64,000 nucleotides of DNA from Verrucomicrobiota bacterium (GCA_041181065.1 JBEGQI010000022.1:2863-66862); one strand, 5' to 3'. Counted from the stretch's first letter, positions 19,863 through 29,577 are shown. The notes: generated from the sequence alone by a model not told the origin. Numbers and translations are program-made.

Positions 19863-21035
19863 TCACCGGCCTTGTGCACGGCGGATGATGCCCGGAAGCA
19901 GTTCCACCACGCGGCTGATTTCAGTCTCGGTTGTTTCCCGGCCCAACGAGAAACGAACCAATGAACGAGCCAAGTCACGGTTCAAACCTAACGCCGAAAC
20001 AACGTGCGAAGGTTCCAGTGATCCAGCTGAGCAGGCCGCACCGGCTGAAGCACAAATGCCTTCGACGTCCAAACCTGCCAGAAGGGCGAAACTATCGGTG
20101 CCTTCGACGACAAAGCTGATGGTATTGGCAAGTCGGCGTGATTGAGAACCGACAAGGCGAGCACCCGCAACACCTGTGATGGAATCTGACAAACGGTTTG
20201 TCATCGCGCGCAGCGGAGCTGTGGCAAACGTTGGTAGCTTCACTAAGTTTTCCAAAGCAGTGACGAGCCCAGCGATTCCCGGCAGGTTTTCAGTTCCGGC
20301 GCGGCGCTCGTTTTCATGCCCGCCGCCGAAAAGGATTGGGTCGGGCAACAGTGGTGAACGGATGAACAATGCGCCCGCGCCCTTCGGACCATGGAATTTA
20401 TGAGCACAAAGGCTTACCAAGTCGGCGTTGAATTGATGGATTGTTGCAAATGGCTCCTTACCGAACCATTGGGCGGCGTCAGTGTGAAAGACCACGCCAC
20501 GATCACGACACAACGCGCCCAACTCCGCGATGGGTTGCAAGGTCCCAATCTCATTGTTGGCCGCCATCACTGAGACCAGGATGGTATCCGGCCGCAGCGC
20601 CTTTTTAAGAGCTTCCAGAGAGACCAACCCTTCCGAATCCACCTTTAAAATAGTCAACTCAAAGCCTTCACGCTTGGCGAGGTATTCGAAGCAGTGCAGC
20701 ACCGCATGATGTTCCACCGCGCTGGTGATCAGATGTCGACCTTTGGCGCGCAGGAGACGCGCCGTGCCGAAGATTGCCAGGTTGTTTGATTCGGTGCCGC
20801 CACTGGTGAAGATGACTTCACTGGGTTTTGTTCCGAGAAACTTCGCCGTGCGATCACGAAAATCATCCAGCAACGACCGCGCACGCCGTCCGACGTGATG
20901 GATGCTGGAAGGGTTGCCCCACAACTCATCGAGGAACGGCTGCATCGCCCCGCGCACCTGTGGGTCCAAAGGCGTGGTGGCGTTGTAATCGAAGTAGATG
21001 GTCTTTAGCACCGGCGACGCTGATTGAACATTCAC
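19863..21035 (-). CDS. Cysteine desulfurase (NifS/IscS class V aminotransferase)
   Basis: IYFDYNATTPLDP, TSGGTESNN, SLCAHKFHGPKGAGALF (PLP-Lys region), and a catalytic-loop ASAGAACSAG. The start is GTG at 21035, with an alternative GTG at 21011. Confidence 0.88.
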   Translation of the reverse strand: MNVQSASPVLKTIYFDYNATTPLDPQVRGAMQPFLDELWGNPSSIHHVGRRARSLLDDFRDRTAKFLGTKPSEVIFTSGGTESNNLAIFGTARLLRAKGRHLITSAVEHHAVLHCFEYLAKREGFELTILKVDSEGLVSLEALKKALRPDTILVSVMAANNEIGTLQPIAELGALCRDRGVVFHTDAAQWFGKEPFATIHQFNADLVSLCAHKFHGPKGAGALFIRSPLLPDPILFGGGHENERRAGTENLPGIAGLVTALENLVKLPTFATAPLRAMTNRLSDSITGVAGARLVGSQSRRLANTISFVVEGTDSFALLAGLDVEGICASAGAACSAGSLEPSHVVSALGLNRDLARSLVRFSLGRETTETEISRVVELLPGIIRRAQGR

Positions 21036-21159
21036 ACGCGCTTGTGTTCAAGGGCAGAACAACAGACAGGCCGTCAAAAGCAGCTGGACAAGCTGCCGTT
21101 CCTCAGGAATGGTCAAAGGAATCAGTCAGTAACCATTCCAACCTACTTAGAAGCGAAGT

Positions 21160-22130
21160 ATGAAGAAGGCCCTTAAAAATATCATCGGGACATTTGTGTT
21201 TACAGCGCTTGCGTTCAACCTCAAGGCGCAGTTGTTCCAGCAGGATTTTTCAACCTCCACAAACCTTGCGGATTACATCAGTGCGACTGCACCGAACAGC
21301 GGGCAGTTCAACTCGATCAGCACCTCCGGCGCCGCCGTTACCGTAGCGATTGTGAGCAACGCACTGCAATACGTCCGCACCAGCGGCAACTCCGGCTCAT
21401 TCTCACGCACCAATGAATTTGCCGGGCCACCGGCAGCGGTGGTTTGCAAATTCGATCTGACCGTGCTTGGCAACGGCAGCAGCAGCACGTCTGTGGCCAC
21501 CTGGCTTTGGGGCGCAGGATTTGGAACTGCCAACAGCGCCGATGCAAACGCCAAAGTCCACTCCCGCTTCTCCATCAACGTCCCACCACGCCGGACCAGT
21601 TTGTTGTGCGCGACATCAATGCCGGAAAAAACTGGCTGACAAATAGTGGCACGCAAACCATCACTTGGGTCATCAACAACTCCGGAAGCCCGCTCACTTA
21701 CACCGCCCCAAATGGCTCATCAGAGACCGTGACCAACGATGCCTCCGATCTCTGGGTGGGAACGACCCGTGCCATTGATGACATGGCGGCGACCAGCGGC
21801 TCGAATGCACTGGCCAACTTCAAGTTCGCTATCAGTGGCGGCAGCGAAACCATCACGATGGATAACTTTTCCATCACCGATCCTACCACCAGCGTGGTGG
21901 TGGTGCCGCAGCCGGCGCTCACGTTTGGCCCCATGCTTACCAATGGAAACTTACTTGCCCGCTTCAGCGGGTTGAGCGGCACCAACTACACAATTGAAGC
22001 TACGCCCACATTATCCCCTGCAAGCTGGTTCAAGTTCACCAATGTCACGGCGACGGCAGGAGAATTCGAAGTTGTCGCGCCCACCGCAAATCCATCGCAA
22101 CTTTTCCGAGCCGTATATCCAAGTTACTAA
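21160..22130 (+). pseudogene. Frameshifted secreted lectin-like protein with the C-terminal FYR-type domain (pseudogene or sequencing error)
   Basis: ORF 21160..21639 (signal peptide MKKALKNIIGTFVFTALAFNLKAQ ... VHSRFSINV) continues sensibly only in the frame of ORF 21444..22130 (PTTPDQFVVRDINAGKNW...TMDNFSITD...QLFRAVYPSY). The switch maps to the C-run at 21582-21584. Confidence 0.6.
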
Positions 22131-22149
22131 GACCGGTTGAGGCCGCGGC

Positions 22150-23121
22150 TCAGTAGAACGTCTGGAACAACGTCCCCATCACGCTGATGGGGCCTTGGTC
22201 CTCCAAACTTTCCGTGGCCTTGTCGAGCTTCTGCAAGGTGAGCTTGGCGTTGTTGTAGAATTCTTTTTCGTTCACCAGCTTTCCGATCGTGCCGTCGCCG
22301 CGGTTCACCTTTTGGAGGATCTCCTTCAAGTTCGTCATCGATTCGGTCGTCTCGGTGTAAAGCTTGTCGTCCGTCAGCAGCTTGCCGAGCGAACCTTTGC
22401 CGGCCTTCGCGTCCGCGATGACGGTCTTGGCATCTGCAATGGTCGCGCGCAGATCGGAAGCCGTGTCCTGCAGGTTGGAAACCGTGGCGAGCGTGGACGT
22501 GTAAAGCGTGTCGTCCATGATGAGCTTGCCGATGGTGCCTTTGCCGTCGGCAATCTGGGAGGAGATGCGGTTCATGTTGGAAAGCGAGCCGGAGATATTC
22601 GTCTGGTTCTGCTTCAGCAGGTCGGTGAGCGGGCCGAGGATGTTCTCGATCTTGTCGCCGGAGAAACTCGCCGTCATGCGGTCCACGTTGCCCGCCACGT
22701 TATCGAGCTTCTGCATGATGGCGTTCAAGTCAGCCTGCTCGGTGGATTGGATGTCCGAGCCGTCATCGGCCACTTTTGCGGTCGGCGAACCGAAATCAAC
22801 GGACACAAAATTCTGGCCCATCAAACCGGCGAACTGGATGGTCGCGATGCTGTCGATCTTCACGATGGCGCCTTCCTTGAGCTTCATCATGACCTTCACC
22901 TTGTTGTTCTCGATGCGAATCTTTTCAACGCGGCCGATCTCGACGCCCGCCATCTTGACGCGGTCGCCTTCCTTGAGTTCGCGCGCGGTGTTGAAGCGGG
23001 CGTTGATGCGTTTGCCACCGCGAATGCCGTCGAAGCTGCCGAGCGTTTCCAGGATGAGCACGGCGGCGATGACGATGAGCGCGGCGAACAACCCGAGCCG
23101 GGTTTCAAGGGAGTTTTTCAT
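22150..23121 (-). CDS. mlaD: MlaD/MCE-domain periplasmic component of an ABC lipid transporter
   Basis: N-terminal TM helix, then an MCE domain (FNTARELKEGDRVKMAGVEIGRVEKIRIENNKVKVMMKL) and a long helical C-terminal extension. The start overlaps the mlaF stop (ATGA). Confidence 0.85.
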   Translation of the reverse strand: MKNSLETRLGLFAALIVIAAVLILETLGSFDGIRGGKRINARFNTARELKEGDRVKMAGVEIGRVEKIRIENNKVKVMMKLKEGAIVKIDSIATIQFAGLMGQNFVSVDFGSPTAKVADDGSDIQSTEQADLNAIMQKLDNVAGNVDRMTASFSGDKIENILGPLTDLLKQNQTNISGSLSNMNRISSQIADGKGTIGKLIMDDTLYTSTLATVSNLQDTASDLRATIADAKTVIADAKAGKGSLGKLLTDDKLYTETTESMTNLKEILQKVNRGDGTIGKLVNEKEFYNNAKLTLQKLDKATESLEDQGPISVMGTLFQTFY

Positions 23122-23879
23122 AGTGTTGAATTGCGTTTGAAGGATGCGTGCAAAAAGTCGCGGACTTCCGGCACCATGGAATTACGGATCTCCTCCGGCG
23201 TGCCGATGGCGTGGATGCGGCCTTCGAGGATGACGGCGATGCGGTCGGCGATGCCGAAAGAAAGATCGCGGTCATGCGAGACGATGAGCGAAGTGACGCC
23301 GGAACGCTGGTTCAACTTGGCGATCTCCTCGCCGACGATCACGGAGGATACCGGGTCCAGCTCGCTGGTCGGTTCATCGTAAAGGATGAGTTGCGGCTCG
23401 CTGACCAGCGCACGTGCGATGGCTGCGCGTTTCTTCATGCCGCCGGAAAGTTCGCTGGGGAGCTTTTCCTCGGTGCCCTTGAGGCCGACGGCTTCGAGCT
23501 GTTCGGAAACCACGCGCGCGATTTCGTCCTCCGATTTGAGGGCGTGTTCGCTGAGATAGAGGCCGACATTCTCGCCGACGGTCAACGAGTTCAACAACGC
23601 GCCTGACTGAAACACCATCGCGCAATGATGCCGATCCATCACGCCTTCGGCGGTGATGGGTTCGCCGCCGATGAAGATCTCGCCGGCGTCTGCGGGTTCG
23701 AGGCCGATGATGTGCCGCAGCAACACGCTCTTGCCGCTGCCGCTCGGGCCCATCAACACGAAGACCTCGCCGGGCTGCACCTCGAAATCCACGCCCTTGA
23801 GCACTTCCTGCCCGGCAAAAGATTTCTTCAAGCCGCGCACGGCCACGCTGACTCCACGATGGTTGGCGTTGGTGCTCAT
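23118..23879 (-). CDS. mlaF: ABC transporter ATP-binding protein, MlaF-like
   Basis: Walker A GPSGSGKS, signature LSGGMKKR, Walker B LILYDEP. ATGA overlaps on both sides. Confidence 0.9.
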   Translation of the reverse strand: MSTNANHRGVSVAVRGLKKSFAGQEVLKGVDFEVQPGEVFVLMGPSGSGKSVLLRHIIGLEPADAGEIFIGGEPITAEGVMDRHHCAMVFQSGALLNSLTVGENVGLYLSEHALKSEDEIARVVSEQLEAVGLKGTEEKLPSELSGGMKKRAAIARALVSEPQLILYDEPTSELDPVSSVIVGEEIAKLNQRSGVTSLIVSHDRDLSFGIADRIAVILEGRIHAIGTPEEIRNSMVPEVRDFLHASFKRNSTL

Positions 23880-24613
23880 TTCTGGAGAACGCGCGTGATG
23901 AGATAGTCAAACACCACGATCAACACGATCGAGTTGACCACCGACTTTGTCACCGACCGGCCGATGCCGCGCGGGCCACCACGCGTGACGAGACCTTGAT
24001 GACACGCCACCAAGGCGATGATGATGGAGAAACAGAACCCTTTCACCACGCCGTGAATGACGTCGCCCAGTTCGACAACATTGCGCAAATCCTGGAAGAA
24101 CACCTTGAACGCGATCTCGATCTGGTGGTTCGAGGCCGCCACCGTGCCGCCGCCGAGCCAGCCCACAAGGATAGCGAACGTCACCAGCATCGGCACGGCG
24201 ATACCCATGGCTACAATGCGCGGCAGCACGAGGTAATGCACCGGGTTGATGTTCATCGTGCGCAACGCATCAATCTCCTGATACACGCGCATCGAGCCGA
24301 TTTCTGCGGTCATGGCGGAGCCGATGCGGCCGGCGAGCAGCACACCCATCATGATGGGCGCCAGTTCGCGCGCGATGGAATAGCCGACCATCCCGCCGAC
24401 GTAGCTGTGCAACCCTTGCTGGCAAAGGATGGGCCCGGTCTGGAGCGCGATGACCGCGCCGATGAAGAACGAGAGCACGCACACCATGAGCAGGCTGGCA
24501 TTGCCGATTTCGAAGAGCTGCTCAAACACCTTGCGACGCTGGCGCCACGTCAGCGGCAGGGCCGCGAGCGTGCGCCAGAACAGAATCACAAGTTCGCCGA
24601 TGTTTTGAAACAT
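23876..24613 (-). CDS. mlaE: MlaE-family ABC transporter permease
   Basis: 245 aa polytopic protein. ...FEQLFEIGNASLLMVCVLSFFIGAVIALQTG... is typical of MlaE/YrbE. Confidence 0.85.
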   Translation of the reverse strand: MFQNIGELVILFWRTLAALPLTWRQRRKVFEQLFEIGNASLLMVCVLSFFIGAVIALQTGPILCQQGLHSYVGGMVGYSIARELAPIMMGVLLAGRIGSAMTAEIGSMRVYQEIDALRTMNINPVHYLVLPRIVAMGIAVPMLVTFAILVGWLGGGTVAASNHQIEIAFKVFFQDLRNVVELGDVIHGVVKGFCFSIIIALVACHQGLVTRGGPRGIGRSVTKSVVNSIVLIVVFDYLITRVLQK

Positions 24614-24628
24614 GAGTGCGGGTCGGGT

Positions 24629-26257
24629 TCAACGTTTCCCGGCGGGAAGGTGCGTTAATTGGTGCGTGGAATCAACTGCCGCCGTGACTGCTGGCTTGGC
24701 CGATTTCACCGGCACGAAGAATAAACGCAGCGAAGTGCCGTCGGCGGTGCGCTTGTGTTGGAAGAGGCCGAGCAGGAAGGAGGTTTTACTGGAGCCGTCG
24801 CCTAGGGTTTGGTGGCGGTAGAGGTTCCACAGTAATGACTGGCTCGTCGCGCTATTGGTGGCGTTCTTCTCGGAGCGCCAGAGGGACCAGAGCGGCGAGT
24901 AGTTGCGTTCGATGCTCTTGCCCTTGAGGACGGGTTCCAGCAGTGCGAGGGCTTGAAAGCGCGTGCTGCCGTCGAAATCTTTGCGGTAGGAGAACAGGGG
25001 CCATTGATCGACGCGGCGCGCGGCGTGGCCAGTTTTGGTGTTGGCCTCGTGGGTGTCGGAGTAGAGGAAGAGCAGGATGCGCGTGCGGTCGCGGTCGAGC
25101 GGGTCGGATTTGATGCGGCTGTATTTGTAGAGCGGCCAGAGGTAGAAGTCGCTTTCGAGCACGTCGCTGCGGGCGTTGCCGAACAACGGCCAGACGCGGG
25201 TGGAGGTCTTGCCTTCGCCGCGCGCATAGACGTAAACGGGCCAAAGGAAATCGGTCTCGCGATATTTCTTGGCGCGGTCGTCGGTGCGCGTGAGGCCAAA
25301 GGGCCAGCCGTAGGAGGTGGAATCGCGCAGGGGCGAACGGTATTTGGTGTAGAACGGCAGCAGCGCAGAGAAGTGGCTGGCGTTAGTGGTGCCGATGTCG
25401 CGGGTTTCCTCGGACCAAATCGGCCACGCGATGAACGATTTTTCGTAGCCGGGGATGGACTCGGGGTCGCCCCACATGTTGGTGCGCGTGGTGACGGCCT
25501 TGGTTTCGCGGCCGACGACGGGCCAGAGTTGCCAGCCGCGCAGACCTTCGCCGTAGCGGAGGTGGAAGAAGGGCGCGACGTAATTGTAGGTGGTGACGTC
25601 GCCGCGCCGGGCTTTCGCGTAACGATTGGCGAGGGAAAGGAATTCCTCGGCGCCAACGGACCCGAAACCGGGCTTGCGCTTGGTTTTGATGTAAAGCGGC
25701 CAGAGGGTGAAATTGATTTCGTCGCGGAAGAGGCGGTTCTTCAACGTGCCATGAAACGGGAAGAACGCGGTGTAGTTCTGGTTTGTGTCAACGGAACGTT
25801 GTTGGAAGTAGAACGGGAACAGGGTGAATTGATCTTTCGTCGCGCCTGATTGCAATCCGCCGCCGGAGAAGCTGAGGAGTTGCAGGAACTGGAGGCGGTA
25901 TTCGAGGCCAAAACGGTCGTAAGTGATGATGGGGTAGAGAAAATCCAATTCTGCCGAATCCGTGCCCGCATCATGCGTGGACGAGAGCAACGGCGGGATG
26001 GCCCAAGTCTCTTGATTACCCGCTTCTTGATCGTAAAAAAATGGTCCGACAGACTCGGATTGAGTGCCGGGACGCAGCGTGAGCTGGTATTCGTCAAACA
26101 GGGGACCAGCGTCCAGTTCCGCGGCGGAAACAGGCGTTGTAAAGAGGTCACCCAAAGTTGTCAAAAGGGCTAAAAATACTAAAAAAAACGCAAGTTTCAG
26201 CCAGAACCGAAGTCCTGCCGTTCGCACTGAACCTAACGATGAAAATAAACCTGACAT
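24629..26257 (-). CDS. Signal-peptide protein built from about 16 aromatic-Pro-aromatic (hWP[LF][YF]) repeats; function unknown, candidate outer-membrane partner of the Mla/MMPL genes
   Basis: The ATG at 26257 gives MSGLFSSLGSVRTAGLRFWLKLAFFLVFLALLTTLG. Repeats include LFPFYF, FFPFHG, LWPLYI, LWPVVG, AWPIWS, LLPFYT, GWPFGL, LWPVYV, VWPLFG, LWPLYK, QWPLFS and SPLWS. I recognise no family. It lies 15 bp upstream of mlaE. Confidence 0.6.
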   Translation of the reverse strand: MSGLFSSLGSVRTAGLRFWLKLAFFLVFLALLTTLGDLFTTPVSAAELDAGPLFDEYQLTLRPGTQSESVGPFFYDQEAGNQETWAIPPLLSSTHDAGTDSAELDFLYPIITYDRFGLEYRLQFLQLLSFSGGGLQSGATKDQFTLFPFYFQQRSVDTNQNYTAFFPFHGTLKNRLFRDEINFTLWPLYIKTKRKPGFGSVGAEEFLSLANRYAKARRGDVTTYNYVAPFFHLRYGEGLRGWQLWPVVGRETKAVTTRTNMWGDPESIPGYEKSFIAWPIWSEETRDIGTTNASHFSALLPFYTKYRSPLRDSTSYGWPFGLTRTDDRAKKYRETDFLWPVYVYARGEGKTSTRVWPLFGNARSDVLESDFYLWPLYKYSRIKSDPLDRDRTRILLFLYSDTHEANTKTGHAARRVDQWPLFSYRKDFDGSTRFQALALLEPVLKGKSIERNYSPLWSLWRSEKNATNSATSQSLLWNLYRHQTLGDGSSKTSFLLGLFQHKRTADGTSLRLFFVPVKSAKPAVTAAVDSTHQLTHLPAGKR

Positions 26258-26397
26258 CAGAATCACGTTAACGATGTCGTTCCAGCCAAAGGCTGTGAAC
26301 AAGTCACCGGGACACCATCATTGACATTAAAACGCCACAGACTATTCTTTCACTACCTTGAGGTTTTTAACCTCGGTTCCTCCCAACCCAGTGCGGG

Positions 26398-29229
26398 TCA
26401 CTCAGTGGCCCCACTGGGTTGATTCTTTACAACTTTAAACTTCCGCATCAGCACGATGAGCAGTGCGGGCAAAAACGTCAGGCCCGCGAACATGCATACC
26501 GCCGTGCCGATGGCCATCACGAGTCCAAGACTTTGGATGCCTTGATGCGCCGCCGGAATCAGACTGCCAAAACCGGCGATGGTGGTCAGGCCAGAAACCA
26601 ACACGGCTTTGCCCGTGCTCTTGGCCAAGATGCCGGGATTTTGTTCTTCTGCAAACCGGTTCAGGATGTGGATGCCGTTCGTCACGCCGATGCCGATGAC
26701 GAGCGGCAACGTCATAATGTTTGCAGGATTGAACGGGATGCCCGTCGCGCCCATCCAGCCGACCAGCCACAACGAGCCGATGCCCACTGGCAACAACGCC
26801 AGCACCACTGCCAGCGGACTGCGGAAATGCAGTAACACCATCAGGGAAATCGCCGCAAGCGAATACCAGGCTGCTTCTTCATAACTTTCCTTGAGCAACG
26901 TGGTGTATTGGTAGAGTTGGACTGGGGTGCCAGTGGCGTTGGGGTCCACCTTGCGCATATCCTCGATGAACACGCGCTGATGTTCGCGGTCCCAGATGTC
27001 TGCCTTCGGATTCACCTGCAACATGATCATGCCGTGATGGCCGATGAAGCGGTCGCGTAGGAACGCCGGCAAATCCTCGGCGCGTAAACGGTCATCCGCA
27101 TCTTGTGTGCGCAACGCGTTGAATGTATCCCGGATGTCGCTGAACAAGGCTTGTTGATAGGCGGCGAGTTGCGACGCCTTGAACGACAGCGCCCGAGCAT
27201 CGCCCGCGAGCATTTCCTTGCGGAGCGAGTCGATCGCGGTGCGGAGGGACATCACGGTCTTTGCCAGCGCCGGGTCATTCGTTCGCACTTCGTCCAGCAC
27301 CGCGCCCATGTAGCCGTGCAACGAGTAAAGTGTGCGGCTCAACTCCGCGATGTTCACCGCATTGGTGTCCGGTGCGATGAAGTTAAGCGAGGCCACGTCG
27401 CCTTTGATCTCGCGGATGAGCGCGAGTTTTGTGGTCGGGTTCTGGCGCAGGAAACGCGTGATCGAATCCACGCTGGCGATGGAAGGCAGATTTGTCAGCG
27501 CGCCTTCCCAAGCGGCGGCTTGCTCCAGATTGGTCGCGACGATCTGGCCGAAGATGATGGATTTGTCCGAGCTGCGCAGTTTGTCCACGGTCTGGACGGC
27601 TGGCAGCCCGCGGCTTTGCATGTGGAGCAAGTTGTAATCGAAGAACACGCGGCTGGACAAAATCGCCGCCACCACACAGAGCGCTACCGAAACACCCATC
27701 GTGGTCCACGGCCGGTTCAACCACAATTGCTCGATGCGCGCGCGGTGATCGGTCTGATGAATCTGGTGGTCCAGCACGTTTTGCCGACCGCGCAGTAGCA
27801 ACGCCGGGAGCAGCGTCATCATCGGCACGAGGCAGATGAGCAGGCCGCCACCGCAGATGACGCCCATTTCCTGGATGCCTTTGAAGCCGGTGAACGACAT
27901 GGCAAGGAAGCCCGCCGCCGTTGTCATCGCGCCGGTGAAGATTCCTTTGCCGGTGAACACCATCGCCTTTTCCAGCGCCTGCGCCTCGGTCTTGCCGTGG
28001 CGCAACTCCTCTTCGTAACGCGTCACCAGATGCACGCCGAAGTCGATCGCCAGGCCCACCAGCATCGGCACGAACGTGATTGTCAGGATGTTCAAGTGGC
28101 CGATGGTTGCCGTTGCAAACGCCATCGTGTAGCCGAGACCGATGACGAGGCAGAACGTCGCCTTCAACGGCCGGCCGGTCTCGTGATAGCCGTAAATGAA
28201 AATCAGCGCGCAGATGATCAATGACACCACGCTCGCCACGGTCGTGTCCTTCTGCGATTGCAGCATCTCATCGAGTTCCAACACCGGCTCACCCGTGAAA
28301 CCTACATTCACGCCCGGAACTTCCGCGCGGGTTTCCTCGATCAACGACCGCATCCGTTCGACGGCATCGCCGTTCAACTCGTCGGTCAGCGCGTGCGCAT
28401 TCACCACGAACAAACCGTTCCTGCCGAAGGTCAGGTAAATCGCCTGATCGGCTTCCGGCCCGGCATTGAACAAAGCGTTCAACCCCGGCGACGGCGCCCG
28501 GCCCGGACGTTGCAATGAAGCCGTCGCTTGCGACACGATCCGCTCCAGGGCGGGCAAGGCGCCGACGAGCGAGCGGTTCTCGGCATTATCCTCGCGGCTC
28601 GCGGTCCGAATCTGGGTGTTCACCAGTTCGAACAGCCGCACGAGATTCGTCGCCTGCGTGAACTGATGGATGAACGGCCGATACTCGCCGAGCGTTTTCT
28701 TCAGCTCGCGCAAATCGCCTTCCTCGGCGAACAGCAAAGCCTTTGAACCCATCTTCGGCAGGTCGCCCTTGTAGAACACATTGACGAATAGGTTCGTTTC
28801 GAGGGTCTCCGTGCGCTGCGAATCCGAGTGAATGGCATCGCGGAACCAGCCCAAGATCCGGCTGCCGCCCACCAGTTGGTTGGTCTCCGGATGCGCGGGG
28901 ATGCGAATCGTCGCGGCCTCGAGCTTCGCCCCCAACCGTTCGACGAATTGACGGCTCTTCTCCGCATCGTCGCTCTCGATCACAGCCACGAGATCGTCCT
29001 GCTGTGTGAACTCCTCGCGCAGCTTCAGGAAGTTCTCATGATACTTCTGGTTCCCGCCGACGAGGTCGTTGCGGTTCGTGCTGAACTGCAACCGATCAAT
29101 CGTGAAGAAGACGCAGACGAAGAACAGCAGCAGTTGCGGCCAGATGAACAGGCGCGGGCGCGCGCAAACTGCCGCCGCGAGTTTCGCGAGCAGCCGGCCG
29201 AAGAAAGTTTCGCCTGAGAGCGCCTGCAC
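26398..29229 (-). CDS. MMPL/RND-superfamily transporter (HpnN-like lipid exporter architecture)
   Basis: 943 aa with two 6-TM bundles, each preceded by a large loop. MMPL-like blocks are present (GVNVGFTGEPVLELDE...; LPLVIGIGVTNGIHILNRF). Lipid substrate is an inference. Confidence 0.8.
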   Translation of the reverse strand: MQALSGETFFGRLLAKLAAAVCARPRLFIWPQLLLFFVCVFFTIDRLQFSTNRNDLVGGNQKYHENFLKLREEFTQQDDLVAVIESDDAEKSRQFVERLGAKLEAATIRIPAHPETNQLVGGSRILGWFRDAIHSDSQRTETLETNLFVNVFYKGDLPKMGSKALLFAEEGDLRELKKTLGEYRPFIHQFTQATNLVRLFELVNTQIRTASREDNAENRSLVGALPALERIVSQATASLQRPGRAPSPGLNALFNAGPEADQAIYLTFGRNGLFVVNAHALTDELNGDAVERMRSLIEETRAEVPGVNVGFTGEPVLELDEMLQSQKDTTVASVVSLIICALIFIYGYHETGRPLKATFCLVIGLGYTMAFATATIGHLNILTITFVPMLVGLAIDFGVHLVTRYEEELRHGKTEAQALEKAMVFTGKGIFTGAMTTAAGFLAMSFTGFKGIQEMGVICGGGLLICLVPMMTLLPALLLRGRQNVLDHQIHQTDHRARIEQLWLNRPWTTMGVSVALCVVAAILSSRVFFDYNLLHMQSRGLPAVQTVDKLRSSDKSIIFGQIVATNLEQAAAWEGALTNLPSIASVDSITRFLRQNPTTKLALIREIKGDVASLNFIAPDTNAVNIAELSRTLYSLHGYMGAVLDEVRTNDPALAKTVMSLRTAIDSLRKEMLAGDARALSFKASQLAAYQQALFSDIRDTFNALRTQDADDRLRAEDLPAFLRDRFIGHHGMIMLQVNPKADIWDREHQRVFIEDMRKVDPNATGTPVQLYQYTTLLKESYEEAAWYSLAAISLMVLLHFRSPLAVVLALLPVGIGSLWLVGWMGATGIPFNPANIMTLPLVIGIGVTNGIHILNRFAEEQNPGILAKSTGKAVLVSGLTTIAGFGSLIPAAHQGIQSLGLVMAIGTAVCMFAGLTFLPALLIVLMRKFKVVKNQPSGATE

Positions 29230-29238
29230 TGTGTCGGG

Positions 29239-29577
29239 TTATTTGACGGGTTCCACGAACACGGCCGTGCCGTAGCACAACACTTCCGTGATGCCCGGCC
29301 CGATCTCGGTCGCGTCGTAGCGCACGCCGATGACGGCGTTCGCGCCGAGCTGACCGGCGTGGGCGAGCATTTGATTGAAGGTGTCCTCGCGCGCCCGTTC
29401 GCAGAGCGAGGTATAGAGCGTGATGTTTCCGCCGAACACGGCTTGAAGATTGGCGCCGATGTTGCCGATGACGGACCGCGAACGCACGATGATGCCGCGC
29501 ACGACGCCGAAATTGCGCGTCACGCGATAGCCGGGCAGCTCGAAGGCGGTGGTGGTCAGCGGATGGGTCTGGCTCAT
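29239..29577 (-). CDS. ybjQ: YbjQ/UPF0145 family protein
   Basis: 112 aa. GYRV....G.V.G..VRSR......GA.L....GG.....T.L....R..A...M...A...GANAV.G.R.D are family hallmarks. It lies 9 bp upstream of the MMPL gene. Confidence 0.85.
   Translation of the reverse strand: MSQTHPLTTTAFELPGYRVTRNFGVVRGIIVRSRSVIGNIGANLQAVFGGNITLYTSLCERAREDTFNQMLAHAGQLGANAVIGVRYDATEIGPGITEVLCYGTAVFVEPVK

Noticed and set aside
22195-23382. A 395-aa plus-strand ORF across mlaD/mlaF (the same applies to 55099..56424, 30859..31992, 37429..38385, 3403..4392, 100..999, 16642..17478, 45124..45897 and 24953..25849)
   Set aside because: All of these are antisense to genes with clear family motifs. None has recognisable motifs, signal peptides or sensible start contexts. 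Long stop-free antisense frames are expected at this GC content.
26355-26385. A hairpin gaggtt-ttt-aacctc between the MMPL gene and the repeat-protein gene
   Set aside because: The stem is 6 bp with no U-tract on the transcribed (minus) strand. It could equally be chance in an AT-rich spacer.
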